Below, piece after piece: positions 36,239 to 45,695 of a stretch of DNA of 64,000 bases (the first letter of the stretch is position 1; each line of letters opens with the position of its first letter). This DNA comes from a virus: IMG/VR virus record IMGVR_UViG_3300031227_000013. One strand, 5' to 3'. Made by a program: the position numbers and the translations under genes. The notes below the pieces were generated by a model, which saw nothing but the letters and a program-made list of their open reading frames with translations, did no database searches and was not told the DNA's origin.

Positions 36239-38527
36239 TTATTCTACGTTTCCTAAATCTTCTGACAGATCTCCTCGTTCTCCACTGAATAGAGATTCGA
36301 AATCTACTGATTTTTCTTTAAGGAAAAGAACTAAGTCGCCTGTGGATTCAAAAACTTCTCTCAATGATTCTTCCAACTCAACCAGTTCCTGATTTCCGTA
36401 TTGGTCTCTGAACTCTTCTTCATGCCAGTAGAACATAAATAACATTCTACCGAGTCTGTCCATCGCTTTAATAAGATCGGTCACATATGTCCCCATCAAC
36501 TCCAGAGAATGCGAAGTACCTGCAAGAGAAGCCAGAATAGATGTATCCATAACTTCCTTTACTCCCTTGTTGGAAGCGCCTACAGCTGTTTCCAGAGCTT
36601 GTGCTGGCATGTCGTCGTATTCTATTTCCCTCGGAGCTTCGCTTGATGCAGAAGGATTATCCCGTGGGTCTCCGGCATTGAGGTCGTTTAGATCTGCCTG
36701 TTTTACAAAGTATCGTTTAGAGACAGGAATACCGCCTCTGTCTGTAGCCTCTTTAATCATCTTCTTAGCGAGAGATGCCTGAATACCCTGATTGGATATC
36801 AGATTAAGCAGAGCAGCATTCTTATTAAGATTATAAGTCTGCTCTTTAGTAGAGGTAATAGAGTATCCGTTACGGTCTGAATAGATCTTAAGATCCATAA
36901 GGTTAGCACTCTTACGCATGTGATACATGAATGTATTGACGTCCCCTAATGTATAAGGACAGGTATCTCCTTCGAAGAAAGCTGCGCCTTCCGGAACATA
37001 CACCATATTCTTATCGACAATCAAACGTCCGTCTTTACCTGTAAATCGGATATGTGCATCGCTATCTCCGATCTTTAAAGTATCTCCGGTGTGTTTGGTA
37101 GTGGTGCTGTATGGATAGTCGATGATAATAGCGTTGTGCTTCTTATCGATGACTAAGCATGTACTGAATTTAGCATCAATATATTTCTGACGTGTGAACT
37201 TCTGCAGATTCTTCATCTTGTTGTACAGATCGTCCGGAAGTCTAGCTGAAGGTTTACACAGTACATCTCTTGTTTTAGCACTGTAGTATTTATCGGGGTG
37301 AGCAAGATCGACCAGACATATCTTAGAATCCAGCCCGGTGGAACTTCTCCGACAGTAACTAGGACTTTTGTCGTCCGAGTAAGTTCTACTTTTAACCTGT
37401 TTGTTCGGGAATATGATAAGCATTGGAATGCCTGTCCCGTCAGCCAGAAGAACTTCGAAAAGTCCTGTTGAAGTAGGATTACTGTATGTGCCTGTGTTTA
37501 CTTCCGTATTAAATACAGTTGAAGTATCAGAACGTTTATCCTTTACAAAGATACCGTCCCGCATTAAAATTTCTTTTTCCTTATCCGTCAATGTTGACGC
37601 CTCGGCACTTGAAGGGCTGGTGATAACGGTAAGCTCGTCTGTCTTCATAGACTTTTTAGAACCGTCTACCTTAGCATCTTCGGGGACATCCGTAGTCTTT
37701 TCTTTAACTCCTTTAATAGCTTCGTTGTCGGAAGGTATTTCTTCGTCCGGAGTAGGAAGAACTATCGTTGTCTCTGTCTTGGTGTCTGTAGTCTCCATAG
37801 ACTCTATAATAGCTTTAGCCAGGAGATTCTCTGCATCGTCAGCCTTGTCTGTAAGTTCTGTTTCGGGCTGTTCAGGATCTATTTTCTTATCTTCCTTCTT
37901 ATCGATGCTCTTAGCATTCAGATCGATCTGTTCGGCCATCTTACGAAGATCAGCAGGAGTATAAAAATTAAATACGGCATTAGCGAACTCGCCGTTATTT
38001 TCCATGGATTTAACAAAGGATACAAAGGCTGTCTTACCCAGCTTAGGCAGTTCAGTCTTAAGGTCGCTCTGTAATTCAGCGAACTTTGTGAACATCTTTT
38101 TAACTGTATCGTTGTCTATAAGAGAGTTCTGTTCGTTGGATATCTTCTCGTGCGGAGACATTACCAAGTCTATCATGTCAGGTCTCTGCAGTTTAAGGTC
38201 TTTCTTGTCCACTCCATTACCCAGCAGTTTCATTTCCCCCTTCTGTATGAAGGAAATCCAGCTGTCCTTTAGAGGGACGAACATATCTTTATTTTTGACA
38301 TACAGCATCTCCAGCCCTTTTAGAGCTCCTTTAATGAAAAAGGCGGGAGCATATAACCACTGCCCGTCAACGATGAATGCCATTACCCCTACACCTTTAT
38401 CCTGTGTGTCATTGACATCGATCAATTGAAAACCGACTCTGTTTGGATACAGGGAGGGGACCTTCTCCTGTAGACGTGTGTCCACAAGCTGCGCGAACTT
38501 CAGTTCGAAATTAGAGTCGAAAGCCAT
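36239..38527 (-). CDS. Large putative inner-head virion protein with K-x-A motifs
   Basis: 762 aa; TKFAE, RKMAE, RKSAN, VKQAD; inside the head module. Confidence 0.6.
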   Translation of the reverse strand: MAFDSNFELKFAQLVDTRLQEKVPSLYPNRVGFQLIDVNDTQDKGVGVMAFIVDGQWLYAPAFFIKGALKGLEMLYVKNKDMFVPLKDSWISFIQKGEMKLLGNGVDKKDLKLQRPDMIDLVMSPHEKISNEQNSLIDNDTVKKMFTKFAELQSDLKTELPKLGKTAFVSFVKSMENNGEFANAVFNFYTPADLRKMAEQIDLNAKSIDKKEDKKIDPEQPETELTDKADDAENLLAKAIIESMETTDTKTETTIVLPTPDEEIPSDNEAIKGVKEKTTDVPEDAKVDGSKKSMKTDELTVITSPSSAEASTLTDKEKEILMRDGIFVKDKRSDTSTVFNTEVNTGTYSNPTSTGLFEVLLADGTGIPMLIIFPNKQVKSRTYSDDKSPSYCRRSSTGLDSKICLVDLAHPDKYYSAKTRDVLCKPSARLPDDLYNKMKNLQKFTRQKYIDAKFSTCLVIDKKHNAIIIDYPYSTTTKHTGDTLKIGDSDAHIRFTGKDGRLIVDKNMVYVPEGAAFFEGDTCPYTLGDVNTFMYHMRKSANLMDLKIYSDRNGYSITSTKEQTYNLNKNAALLNLISNQGIQASLAKKMIKEATDRGGIPVSKRYFVKQADLNDLNAGDPRDNPSASSEAPREIEYDDMPAQALETAVGASNKGVKEVMDTSILASLAGTSHSLELMGTYVTDLIKAMDRLGRMLFMFYWHEEEFRDQYGNQELVELEESLREVFESTGDLVLFLKEKSVDFESLFSGERGDLSEDLGNVE

Positions 38528-38556
38528 CTTTTAAATCCTTGTTTGTTGTGTTAGAT

Positions 38557-38919
38557 TTATTTATTTATTGAATTAAGTAAATTAAGACCTTTAATATTCA
38601 TAAGCTTCTGAGCTTTTGCCGGTGCTGCTTTTAATTCATGACGAACACCTTTAGCCATACCTGTTAAATCCTTTACTATACCGGGTGAAGCTGTGTGTTT
38701 AAGCTCTGGAGTTAGAGCTTTTAAAAAACCCGACTTCCGATTAAGTATTTTTGCTTCAAGATTTGTTAATGCTCTTGTAGCCATATTTCCAGGTAATAAA
38801 TTAGGGGACCTTCCACTTTTGGCTCCACGTTCCGCTAATCTTTTAAGCCATCTAATAAGGGGTTCTCCACGAGCTGCTTCCTTCTCCATATACCCTTTAT
38901 AGTATGCTAGTTTGTTCAT
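38557..38919 (-). CDS. Leader-tagged small basic protein (MNKLAYYKGYMEKEA)
   Basis: Leader coding DNA shared with 38952-39605. Confidence 0.75.
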   Translation of the reverse strand: MNKLAYYKGYMEKEAARGEPLIRWLKRLAERGAKSGRSPNLLPGNMATRALTNLEAKILNRKSGFLKALTPELKHTASPGIVKDLTGMAKGVRHELKAAPAKAQKLMNIKGLNLLNSINK

Positions 38920-39607
38920 TTCTTCTTGTCCTTCTTAATATTTTTATATAATTATGTTAAATTTACCTTGTACTTCATCTTCAATTGAGGATTAGACCTA
39001 CTTAATTCAAGTAGTTTTTTCAGTCTATAAGATCTCATTTTCTGCTCAGAAGTTGCCTTCTCATTTCTTATGCCGAATGGTCCTGACATGATATTATTAA
39101 AATACTTCTTCATTTCCCTATTCTTCTTCTGCCATTCAGGATTGGCTGCTAAATCTGGATGTACTCCAGCTGAACCATACCTAGTTTCTTGTCCTGATTT
39201 TGCACCTTGCTTAGCTCCCCCAATAGGATCTTTAGCTGTTTGAGCTCCTATTGTTGCTCCGACAGTTATTGGATTAAATGCCTCTTTCTCCATAACAGGT
39301 CGAGGTGTATGTTTTCCAAATACTAATGGAATACTCCTTTTCAATGAATTACTCCATCCTAAGTTTCCTTTAGAAATATTACCTATATCCACTTTAAAAT
39401 CATGTATGCTTTTATCTACATTTTCTGGAACTTCCTTTGCTATACCTCCTGCTACTCCTCCAGTTACAAAATCTCGTAACCATGATGCAGACCTCTGCTT
39501 CAGTTCCCTATTACGCATATGCCTATCAAGTTCTTCCTGTCGTGTAGGCATAATCCCTAAAGCTTCCTTCTCCATATACCCTTTATAGTATGCTAGTTTG
39601 TTCATTT
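38876..39607. repeat. 46-bp exact direct repeat (38876-38921 and 39562-39607) covering two gene starts
   Basis: gcttccttctccatataccctttatagtatgctagtttgttcattt present twice. Confidence 0.95.
38952..39605 (-). CDS. Leader-tagged protein (MNKLAYYKGYMEKEA; internal MEKEA)
   Basis: Direct reading of sequence. Confidence 0.75.
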   Translation of the reverse strand: MNKLAYYKGYMEKEALGIMPTRQEELDRHMRNRELKQRSASWLRDFVTGGVAGGIAKEVPENVDKSIHDFKVDIGNISKGNLGWSNSLKRSIPLVFGKHTPRPVMEKEAFNPITVGATIGAQTAKDPIGGAKQGAKSGQETRYGSAGVHPDLAANPEWQKKNREMKKYFNNIMSGPFGIRNEKATSEQKMRSYRLKKLLELSRSNPQLKMKYKVNLT

Positions 39608-41890
39608 TCTTTTGTCCTTAATATTTTTATATAGTTCTTGTCCACTGACAACACTCGGGATATATGATGTGCCTCCCCCTTCTGATGTGGCTCCTTTTTG
39701 AGCTGCATCTAAAAAAGACTTCTTAAGATCGAATCCTCCGAGGCGTGTTACCCAGTCCGGATCTGTTGATACAATGTCCCGGACACGGGATACAAACGGT
39801 TCAAATGGAGGGACATCCCTGTGTACTACTATATTACCTGTTTTAGCAGAAGACAACTTTTTTGCGACATTAGCTGTGATTTTAGTGCCTATAGAATAAT
39901 GCAGTACCGGTTTCTCCAGATACATTCCTACCGACTGTTTAGGATTCTGTAACGTCGAAGTAGGTCTGGGTCTATAATCTCTGACAACATCGTCGTAGGG
40001 TATAACATCGTTAATAAAATGTCCTTCGTATCCGTTAGGATCCGTTACCCGAACTCTGTTTATAAATCCACGGGAGATAGCTTCTATATTACGTCTATGG
40101 TTACCAGCCCCGTTATCCTTTAAAATCTTATTGTACCTCTCTGTGAAGTAGCGTCTGCCCTCTCCGATGCCTTTGTATTTGACAACCTCTCCTGGATTAG
40201 GAACTCCGGAAGATAAAGCATCTCCCGCTTCCATACGCTGTCCTGTCTTTACTTCTAACTTTCTATCTCCGGGTACATAATGTTCCTCGGAGTTGATATG
40301 TACATACCAGCCCCCTTGTGGAGCATCTTCTATCTTTCCTATGGAACCGTCTGTAGAAGCTAATGTAGCGGAGCCTATAAAATTCTTAGGAACCTGTACG
40401 AACTGGTCTATCTCTTTAAACCCTGTTACCTTCTTATCGTCTTCTCCGACAACCCCACCACTATGTTTACTGCTGTTGGATACTATCATTCCGTTAGCCA
40501 ATACAAAGAGATGATCTCTGCTATCTACTTCGAGATCGTATGTCTGTACTTCTCTGAGTCCTTCGCAATAACTCATCCAGCCCAGTACATTCTCTCCGGA
40601 CCTTTTAAATATAGCTGTGCCCAGAGACAGCAGAGGAATTATTTTATGTTTATTAAGTTCGCAGTCCCCCATAGGGAAGCCTAGTACTTTATGTTCCTTG
40701 GTAGCTATTAGATATTCACTGAATTTAACATCCAGACTTGCGAATATAGTATGGTAGCATTCTTTGATACCGTTGTTAAAAACGTTAAGAACTTTTACAG
40801 GGGATGTATTACATTGTACATCAGACCCCATAACAGATTCTCCAACCTGTATATCCTTGATCTTCCTGACAGATCCGTCTGCCATTCTTACAAGAGTGTT
40901 TTCTTCTAAACATAGTCCTGCCTGTGTAGTAGGTTCCGCGATAGCTCTGGCAGCTGTAACTCCTACAGCATCCCCTATATCAGGGAATTCTCCCCCTTCT
41001 CTGCGTCCGGAACATTTAGAACATATTCCTGTAGCGGCCTGACAGGTAGCTGCGGAACGCACATAAACAGGTTGGTCTTCCAGTAAAGGAAGATGTTCCT
41101 TATTTATTTCTGTTCCTGCAGGTAATCCGTTAACAGGTTTAGCGAGAATAGATCCGACATTGTCCGAATCATCCCCGTCTACTTCCAGCCCGACCTCTTG
41201 TGCTCCGCAATCATTCTCTGTAACTACTACTCTATGTGCGGCTTGTGTTAACTGCTTACCAAAATACCCACTGTCTGCTGTAGCGAACTGTACATCGCTA
41301 TACCCTTTTCTAGAGCCATACGAAGCGGCCCAGTATTCAATCGGAGACACACCCTCTCCATACCCGTGGAGTCCCGGAATAGGGACAGGTTTATTTTTAT
41401 GGTCGAGAACGAGCATGTCTCCGAACATTAGCTGCATGAGCTGGGCTGTGTTACCTCTAGCCCCTACACGAACCTGCTCTGTGAAACTGTTTTTGCCTCC
41501 GCCCGATCTTAGAAGGAGATTCTGAACTTTCTTCATTTCGGGAACAAGCAGTTTAACTATTTTTTCGCCCTTCTGATCGGAAGTTAGAGTCGGGCTGTTA
41601 GCTATCCTGGCAACATCGTCTCTGTATTTATTTCTGAGCTGTTTAATGGCAGGGGGCAGTTTAAGATCGTTAAGAGATAAACTTGCGGTCCTGCCATAGT
41701 CATTGACAGCCATTCGGGATACATCGCTTACCTTCTGTAAGGTATCTATATATCCATCGGGGTCGTCTTCAGCTACACTTGATAACAGAGCAGACAGAGA
41801 CTTCTTATCGAGTTCTCTGCCTTCATCTCTGTATTTCTCAGGAAGCGCTCTGTTAAAAAGCACTTTACCTATTGTTGTAGTATCGGGCAT
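39602..41890 (-). CDS. rpoC: RNA polymerase beta' C-terminal part (funnel, bridge helix, trigger loop) with one intein
   Basis: GARGNTAQL, EGVSPIEYW..SYGSRKG..D..FATADSGYF..QL, NDCG/RSAATC/GICSKC Zn site, ARAIAEPTTQ, IEAISR. Confidence 0.9.
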   Translation of the reverse strand: MPDTTTIGKVLFNRALPEKYRDEGRELDKKSLSALLSSVAEDDPDGYIDTLQKVSDVSRMAVNDYGRTASLSLNDLKLPPAIKQLRNKYRDDVARIANSPTLTSDQKGEKIVKLLVPEMKKVQNLLLRSGGGKNSFTEQVRVGARGNTAQLMQLMFGDMLVLDHKNKPVPIPGLHGYGEGVSPIEYWAASYGSRKGYSDVQFATADSGYFGKQLTQAAHRVVVTENDCGAQEVGLEVDGDDSDNVGSILAKPVNGLPAGTEINKEHLPLLEDQPVYVRSAATCQAATGICSKCSGRREGGEFPDIGDAVGVTAARAIAEPTTQAGLCLEENTLVRMADGSVRKIKDIQVGESVMGSDVQCNTSPVKVLNVFNNGIKECYHTIFASLDVKFSEYLIATKEHKVLGFPMGDCELNKHKIIPLLSLGTAIFKRSGENVLGWMSYCEGLREVQTYDLEVDSRDHLFVLANGMIVSNSSKHSGGVVGEDDKKVTGFKEIDQFVQVPKNFIGSATLASTDGSIGKIEDAPQGGWYVHINSEEHYVPGDRKLEVKTGQRMEAGDALSSGVPNPGEVVKYKGIGEGRRYFTERYNKILKDNGAGNHRRNIEAISRGFINRVRVTDPNGYEGHFINDVIPYDDVVRDYRPRPTSTLQNPKQSVGMYLEKPVLHYSIGTKITANVAKKLSSAKTGNIVVHRDVPPFEPFVSRVRDIVSTDPDWVTRLGGFDLKKSFLDAAQKGATSEGGGTSYIPSVVSGQELYKNIKDKRK
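40475..40912 (-). mobile_element. Mini-intein (146 aa) in the beta' trigger loop
   Basis: CLEENTLVRMADG..KIKDI.VG..V at start; TYDLEV..HLFVLANGMIVSN/S at end; splits EPTTQAGL/SSKHSGG. Confidence 0.9.
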
Positions 41891-42588
41891 TATACTCCAA
41901 GTAGTTTTTTTAAACTTTTCTCTGTCATTACTTCTTCGGGTAGCTTCTTAGAAACTATCCCTCCCATTTTTAGCGCAGCCTTATTAGAGACTCTAGTTTT
42001 TCCATATTTAAATCCGGGAAGAACCTTTTCCAACATTGGACGACTGCTATCTATATTCCTCATATGAGTAAAAAAATCTTTAACAGCTTTATATTTTTTA
42101 GGTAAAGAAGCTATCATATTACTTTCCTGAATAACTACTTCAGGCCCTCTATGCCCATGCCATAATTGAAAGGGTTTAGATAAGACCTGTTTACGTTCTA
42201 ATCCCTCATGCATAACTGAAAGGCGATTAATCATTTCTCTATTTATAGGTATTTTTGCATCGGGGTTAAAAAAATTCACCGCTGGGATATTTAAGATATC
42301 TCCTCTGGATATTATCTTACCTGGAGGAACATTAGGCATTTTAGGCATTTTCTTTCTTAAAACAGATGGAATATTTTGAGATGTTATAGCCCCTATACTA
42401 ATCAATGGCTCTTTATTACTAGACAATATTTTTTTAGTAAATCCTGTGAGGTTGGTATTCTCATTTATAAAAGGAGCTCGTCTAATCCAATCCCCTGACC
42501 GTCTAAGGAGTTTAGAGGCTTTACGGACTCCTTTTATATCTATAGCTTTCTTTTCAAGATATCCTATATGAAATGCTAATTTATTCAT
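41890..42588 (-). CDS. Leader-tagged basic protein (MNKLAFHIGYLEKKA); HEGLE HExxE/H-like motif
   Basis: Direct reading; TAATG-coupled to rpoC-C. Confidence 0.7.
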   Translation of the reverse strand: MNKLAFHIGYLEKKAIDIKGVRKASKLLRRSGDWIRRAPFINENTNLTGFTKKILSSNKEPLISIGAITSQNIPSVLRKKMPKMPNVPPGKIISRGDILNIPAVNFFNPDAKIPINREMINRLSVMHEGLERKQVLSKPFQLWHGHRGPEVVIQESNMIASLPKKYKAVKDFFTHMRNIDSSRPMLEKVLPGFKYGKTRVSNKAALKMGGIVSKKLPEEVMTEKSLKKLLGV

Positions 42589-42598
42589 TCGACATTAT

Positions 42599-42988
42599 TT
42601 ACCTATTAGAAGCGTATTGATTTTGCTGTGGATACGGATTAGGTGGAATGGGCTGTATCTTATTTGACGGTTTACCTCCGGCATAATTAAACTGTTGGAA
42701 CATGGAGGGTCCCTTTCTTTTAGGTATCGGAATACTGGTAGACATTTTGCTTTTTGTAGGAGAAAGCGTATTTTTAGCTACCGTTAAAGGAGATGTAGCT
42801 TCCACCTTCTGTTTCTGAGTGTCAGCAATCTGCCGGGGTATATTTTCTGTAGAGGAAGGAGATCCTATAGCTCCTCCGTAATTAACAGCCCCTGTCTGAC
42901 CTTCTGTAGGATTGCCACTGATTGCACTTTTTAATGCATCCGTAGCATTCTTATCTATATATCCCTGATAAAATGCTAGTTTATTCAT
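42599..42988 (-). CDS. Leader-tagged low-complexity protein (MNKLAFYQGYIDKNA)
   Basis: Direct reading. Confidence 0.7.
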   Translation of the reverse strand: MNKLAFYQGYIDKNATDALKSAISGNPTEGQTGAVNYGGAIGSPSSTENIPRQIADTQKQKVEATSPLTVAKNTLSPTKSKMSTSIPIPKRKGPSMFQQFNYAGGKPSNKIQPIPPNPYPQQNQYASNR

Positions 42989-42989
42989 T

Positions 42990-43832
42990 TTAGCTCCTGA
43001 GGTTTTTAATAAGATCCTGTATCTTCATAACAGATGATTTACGCTGTCTACTCGAAGCCATTACAGGCATTCCAGGCATTCCTTGAGGAGGCATTCCAGG
43101 AGGAGGCATTCCAGGCATAGGGGGCTGTGCTCCGCCCATACCCATCGCTGCTGGATCTTCTTCCGGAGGTTCAGCTGCTGCTTCTAATGCTTCAGGAGTC
43201 ATTCCATCTTGAATTTCTTCGGGAACTTCTGTGGTTTCTTCTCCGAGAGGGGGAGATGTTGTATCTTCTTCTACAACTCCGAGATCTTCCGGAGCGACAG
43301 GAGGAGCCATTCCAACAGCCCCCATAACTTCCATTACCTGATTTTCAACTTCATCCACTCGGGCTTCTAAGTCTGCTTTAGTAGGCTCTCCGGATTTTTC
43401 CTTATCCATTTCTTCGATAGCTTTAGGAAGGATTTCCAAAAAACGTTCTTCGGTAAGAGGTGTTCCTACAGGTTCTTCAACAGGAGGTGCGCCCATCATC
43501 GCAGGATCCATAGGAGGCATTCCACCCATCATCGCTGGGTCCATCGGAGGAGGGGGCATTCCACCCATCATAGCAGGATCCATAGGAGGTGCTCCGCCCA
43601 TCATAGCAGGATCCATAGGAGGAGGCATTCCGCCCATCATAGCTGGGTCCATCGGCATTGGAGGTGCTCCGCCCATTGGGGGTGGCATTCCACCCATCAT
43701 AGAGGGGTCCATTGGTGCTCCGCCCATCATTGCCGGGTCCATCGGAGGAGCTACAGGTGCCGGACCCATAGGGACAGCAGCTTCTTTGTTCATCAAATCT
43801 TTTACTTGTCTAAGTAATTTTAAATCAATCAT
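42990..43832 (-). CDS. Met/Pro/Gly-rich disordered protein with MDPAMMGG(M/A)PP repeats
   Basis: About six imperfect repeats; MNKEA near N-terminus; RBS AGGAG. Confidence 0.75.
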   Translation of the reverse strand: MIDLKLLRQVKDLMNKEAAVPMGPAPVAPPMDPAMMGGAPMDPSMMGGMPPPMGGAPPMPMDPAMMGGMPPPMDPAMMGGAPPMDPAMMGGMPPPPMDPAMMGGMPPMDPAMMGAPPVEEPVGTPLTEERFLEILPKAIEEMDKEKSGEPTKADLEARVDEVENQVMEVMGAVGMAPPVAPEDLGVVEEDTTSPPLGEETTEVPEEIQDGMTPEALEAAAEPPEEDPAAMGMGGAQPPMPGMPPPGMPPQGMPGMPVMASSRQRKSSVMKIQDLIKNLRS

Positions 43833-43901
43833 TTCCAGATCTCCTTTTATCTTTTAATATATAATATAAAACTATTTTTTACCACTATTTATCATATAGT
43901 T

Positions 43902-43927
43902 AAAAAAAGGGAGGTTAATCCCTTTTT
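43902..43927 (-). terminator. Intrinsic terminator ending the accessory island
   Basis: AAAAGGGA-TTAACC-TCCCTTTT plus T-run. Confidence 0.7.
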
Positions 43928-43978
43928 AGTTCTTATAGTAATCTAATTCTCATATTATCCCCCTGTGTTTTTTAAACG

Positions 43979-44215
43979 TTACTGCTCTGTGGTATCCTTG
44001 CCTAAGTAAATTGTGGGTTCCTCGTATTCCAACACCTCTGTTGGAATCTTCACCCATACCGCATCTCCACCGCGCGTAGATAAAAACTTTTGAGCCAGAA
44101 TGCTTGTATCTAACTCAGAGCAACCATTGTACCCGTACTTCTCAACAAAGATTTTTATTATCTCTGTTGGTCTGTAGAATGCTGGTGCTTCTTTCAATAA
44201 TTCTTTTCTTTTCAT
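43979..44215 (-). CDS. Hypothetical protein
   Basis: 78-aa ORF, ATGA-coupled. Confidence 0.55.
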   Translation of the reverse strand: MKRKELLKEAPAFYRPTEIIKIFVEKYGYNGCSELDTSILAQKFLSTRGGDAVWVKIPTEVLEYEEPTIYLGKDTTEQ

Positions 44216-44679
44216 ACCGATACCCAGCCCCTCTTTTTATTAAACCATATCTTCTTCTTAACTCCCTCAAAAGATACTTCTTTTAAAGACTTATCGACAG
44301 TGTATCTAATACAGCTCTTTTTAGATAAATACACTATATCCCCTTTACTGAGCTGTCCTTTATATATAATAGGTTTATTTAAAGGACAACATAATATCTT
44401 AATTCTTAGTTTTTCTGTTAGATCATTACAGTCATTACAGTCCTTACAGCGTGTGCAATTCACACAATCTAAACAATTCATGCAGTCTCTGCAATTCACA
44501 CAATCGATGCAATTCGTACACTGCTGACAATCCGTACAATTTGTACATCTACTGCAGTGGGCACAATTATGGCAATTAATTAAAGTCTTGCTATAAGCTA
44601 TTGCGTTCTCTTTCGTATATTTAATTGCGATCCATCTATTGTTATTACTATCTACCCAATACTCCCCTACTAATCTCAT
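44212..44679 (-). CDS. CxxC-repeat protein with C-terminal YKGQL domain
   Basis: About 17 Cys at 3-residue spacing; PIIYKGQLSKGDIVY. Confidence 0.7.
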   Translation of the reverse strand: MRLVGEYWVDSNNNRWIAIKYTKENAIAYSKTLINCHNCAHCSRCTNCTDCQQCTNCIDCVNCRDCMNCLDCVNCTRCKDCNDCNDLTEKLRIKILCCPLNKPIIYKGQLSKGDIVYLSKKSCIRYTVDKSLKEVSFEGVKKKIWFNKKRGWVSV

Positions 44680-44691
44680 AATCCTCCCTCT

Positions 44692-45015
44692 TTAAATACC
44701 TTTTACTCTAACTGGTTTTGTACCTTTTAACCACTTAAAACCACCTACTATAAAATCTTCATTCCTATAACACCACCCTATTCCTTCTTTGAAATAGAGT
44801 ATCATACAATCATTTAAGACAAGTCCTCGGGAATGCGGTTGTTCCTCTAGTAAACCCCTATCCCCTTTAAAACTGCGTATCTTAAATACACGGTGTCTAT
44901 CATATCCCTCAGTCCCCGCATAAGCTACATCATTATTATTAAGTTGACCCTTATATTTAATAGGGGCTTTATTTGCACCGAATAAAATATGGTGTCCTTC
45001 AACTTGAGTGCTCAT
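44692..45015 (-). CDS. YKGQL-domain hypothetical protein
   Basis: PIKYKGQLNNNDVAY..LYFKEGIGW. Confidence 0.65.
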   Translation of the reverse strand: MSTQVEGHHILFGANKAPIKYKGQLNNNDVAYAGTEGYDRHRVFKIRSFKGDRGLLEEQPHSRGLVLNDCMILYFKEGIGWCYRNEDFIVGGFKWLKGTKPVRVKGI

Positions 45016-45035
45016 CTACCTCCTTTAAATTAGTA

Positions 45036-45063
45036 GTTATATACTTACAGTATATAATGCCAA
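45036..45063 (-). promoter_or_regulatory. Conserved promoter-like motif, copy 2, a perfect 9-bp hairpin with 3-nt loop
   Basis: TTGGCA-TTATATACT-GTA-AGTATATAA-C. Confidence 0.7.
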
Positions 45064-45089
45064 TAAAAGGAGATTAATTAAGGAGTTAC

Positions 45090-45695
45090 TTATTCACCTC
45101 TTCTAACAGCCCGTGCTTTGTTAGCGTTGACAACAGCTTGTCTGCTTATAGGGGCTTTGTGGGCTGTATTCTCGCGTCTGGTAAGATTAGCATTTATAAC
45201 TTCCTGCTTGCTAATGGGGGCTCCTGTATTCATTACTCTTCCTGTCTTATTCTGATAATCCAGATAATTCTTTGTTATATCCTGTAGAGCACTATATGTT
45301 CGAGCCCCTGTGACTCCTGCAGCTACTATTGGTTTAGCATTGTCTGAATAACCTTCCCACATTCTTCTGGGAGTACTCTGTTTAAGAGATTCCTTCATAG
45401 TTTTATCTGCGTTGCGTTTTATATTCTTTAATATATCTTTATTCCAGCCCTTTGTAGGATCTTTAAAAACTTGCTTTCCAAAATCGTATGCTGTGAAGGC
45501 TGCATTAGTAGTAGGTTTACTTACTCCGTAATCAACCCCTCTATTAGCAGTACCTAACCTAACAGCTTCCTCTACGCCCCCTTCAACTAACTTAGACTTA
45601 TCATATAGCTTTTTAAAAGTAGTTCCCATACTATATGGAGCCGAGTTAAAAGCTTCCTTCTCTATATATCCCTGATAGTACGCTAGTTTATTCAT
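45090..45695 (-). CDS. Leader-tagged basic protein (MNKLAYYQGYIEKEA)
   Basis: Direct reading; TAATG-coupled to the RNAP gene. Confidence 0.75.
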   Translation of the reverse strand: MNKLAYYQGYIEKEAFNSAPYSMGTTFKKLYDKSKLVEGGVEEAVRLGTANRGVDYGVSKPTTNAAFTAYDFGKQVFKDPTKGWNKDILKNIKRNADKTMKESLKQSTPRRMWEGYSDNAKPIVAAGVTGARTYSALQDITKNYLDYQNKTGRVMNTGAPISKQEVINANLTRRENTAHKAPISRQAVVNANKARAVRRGE

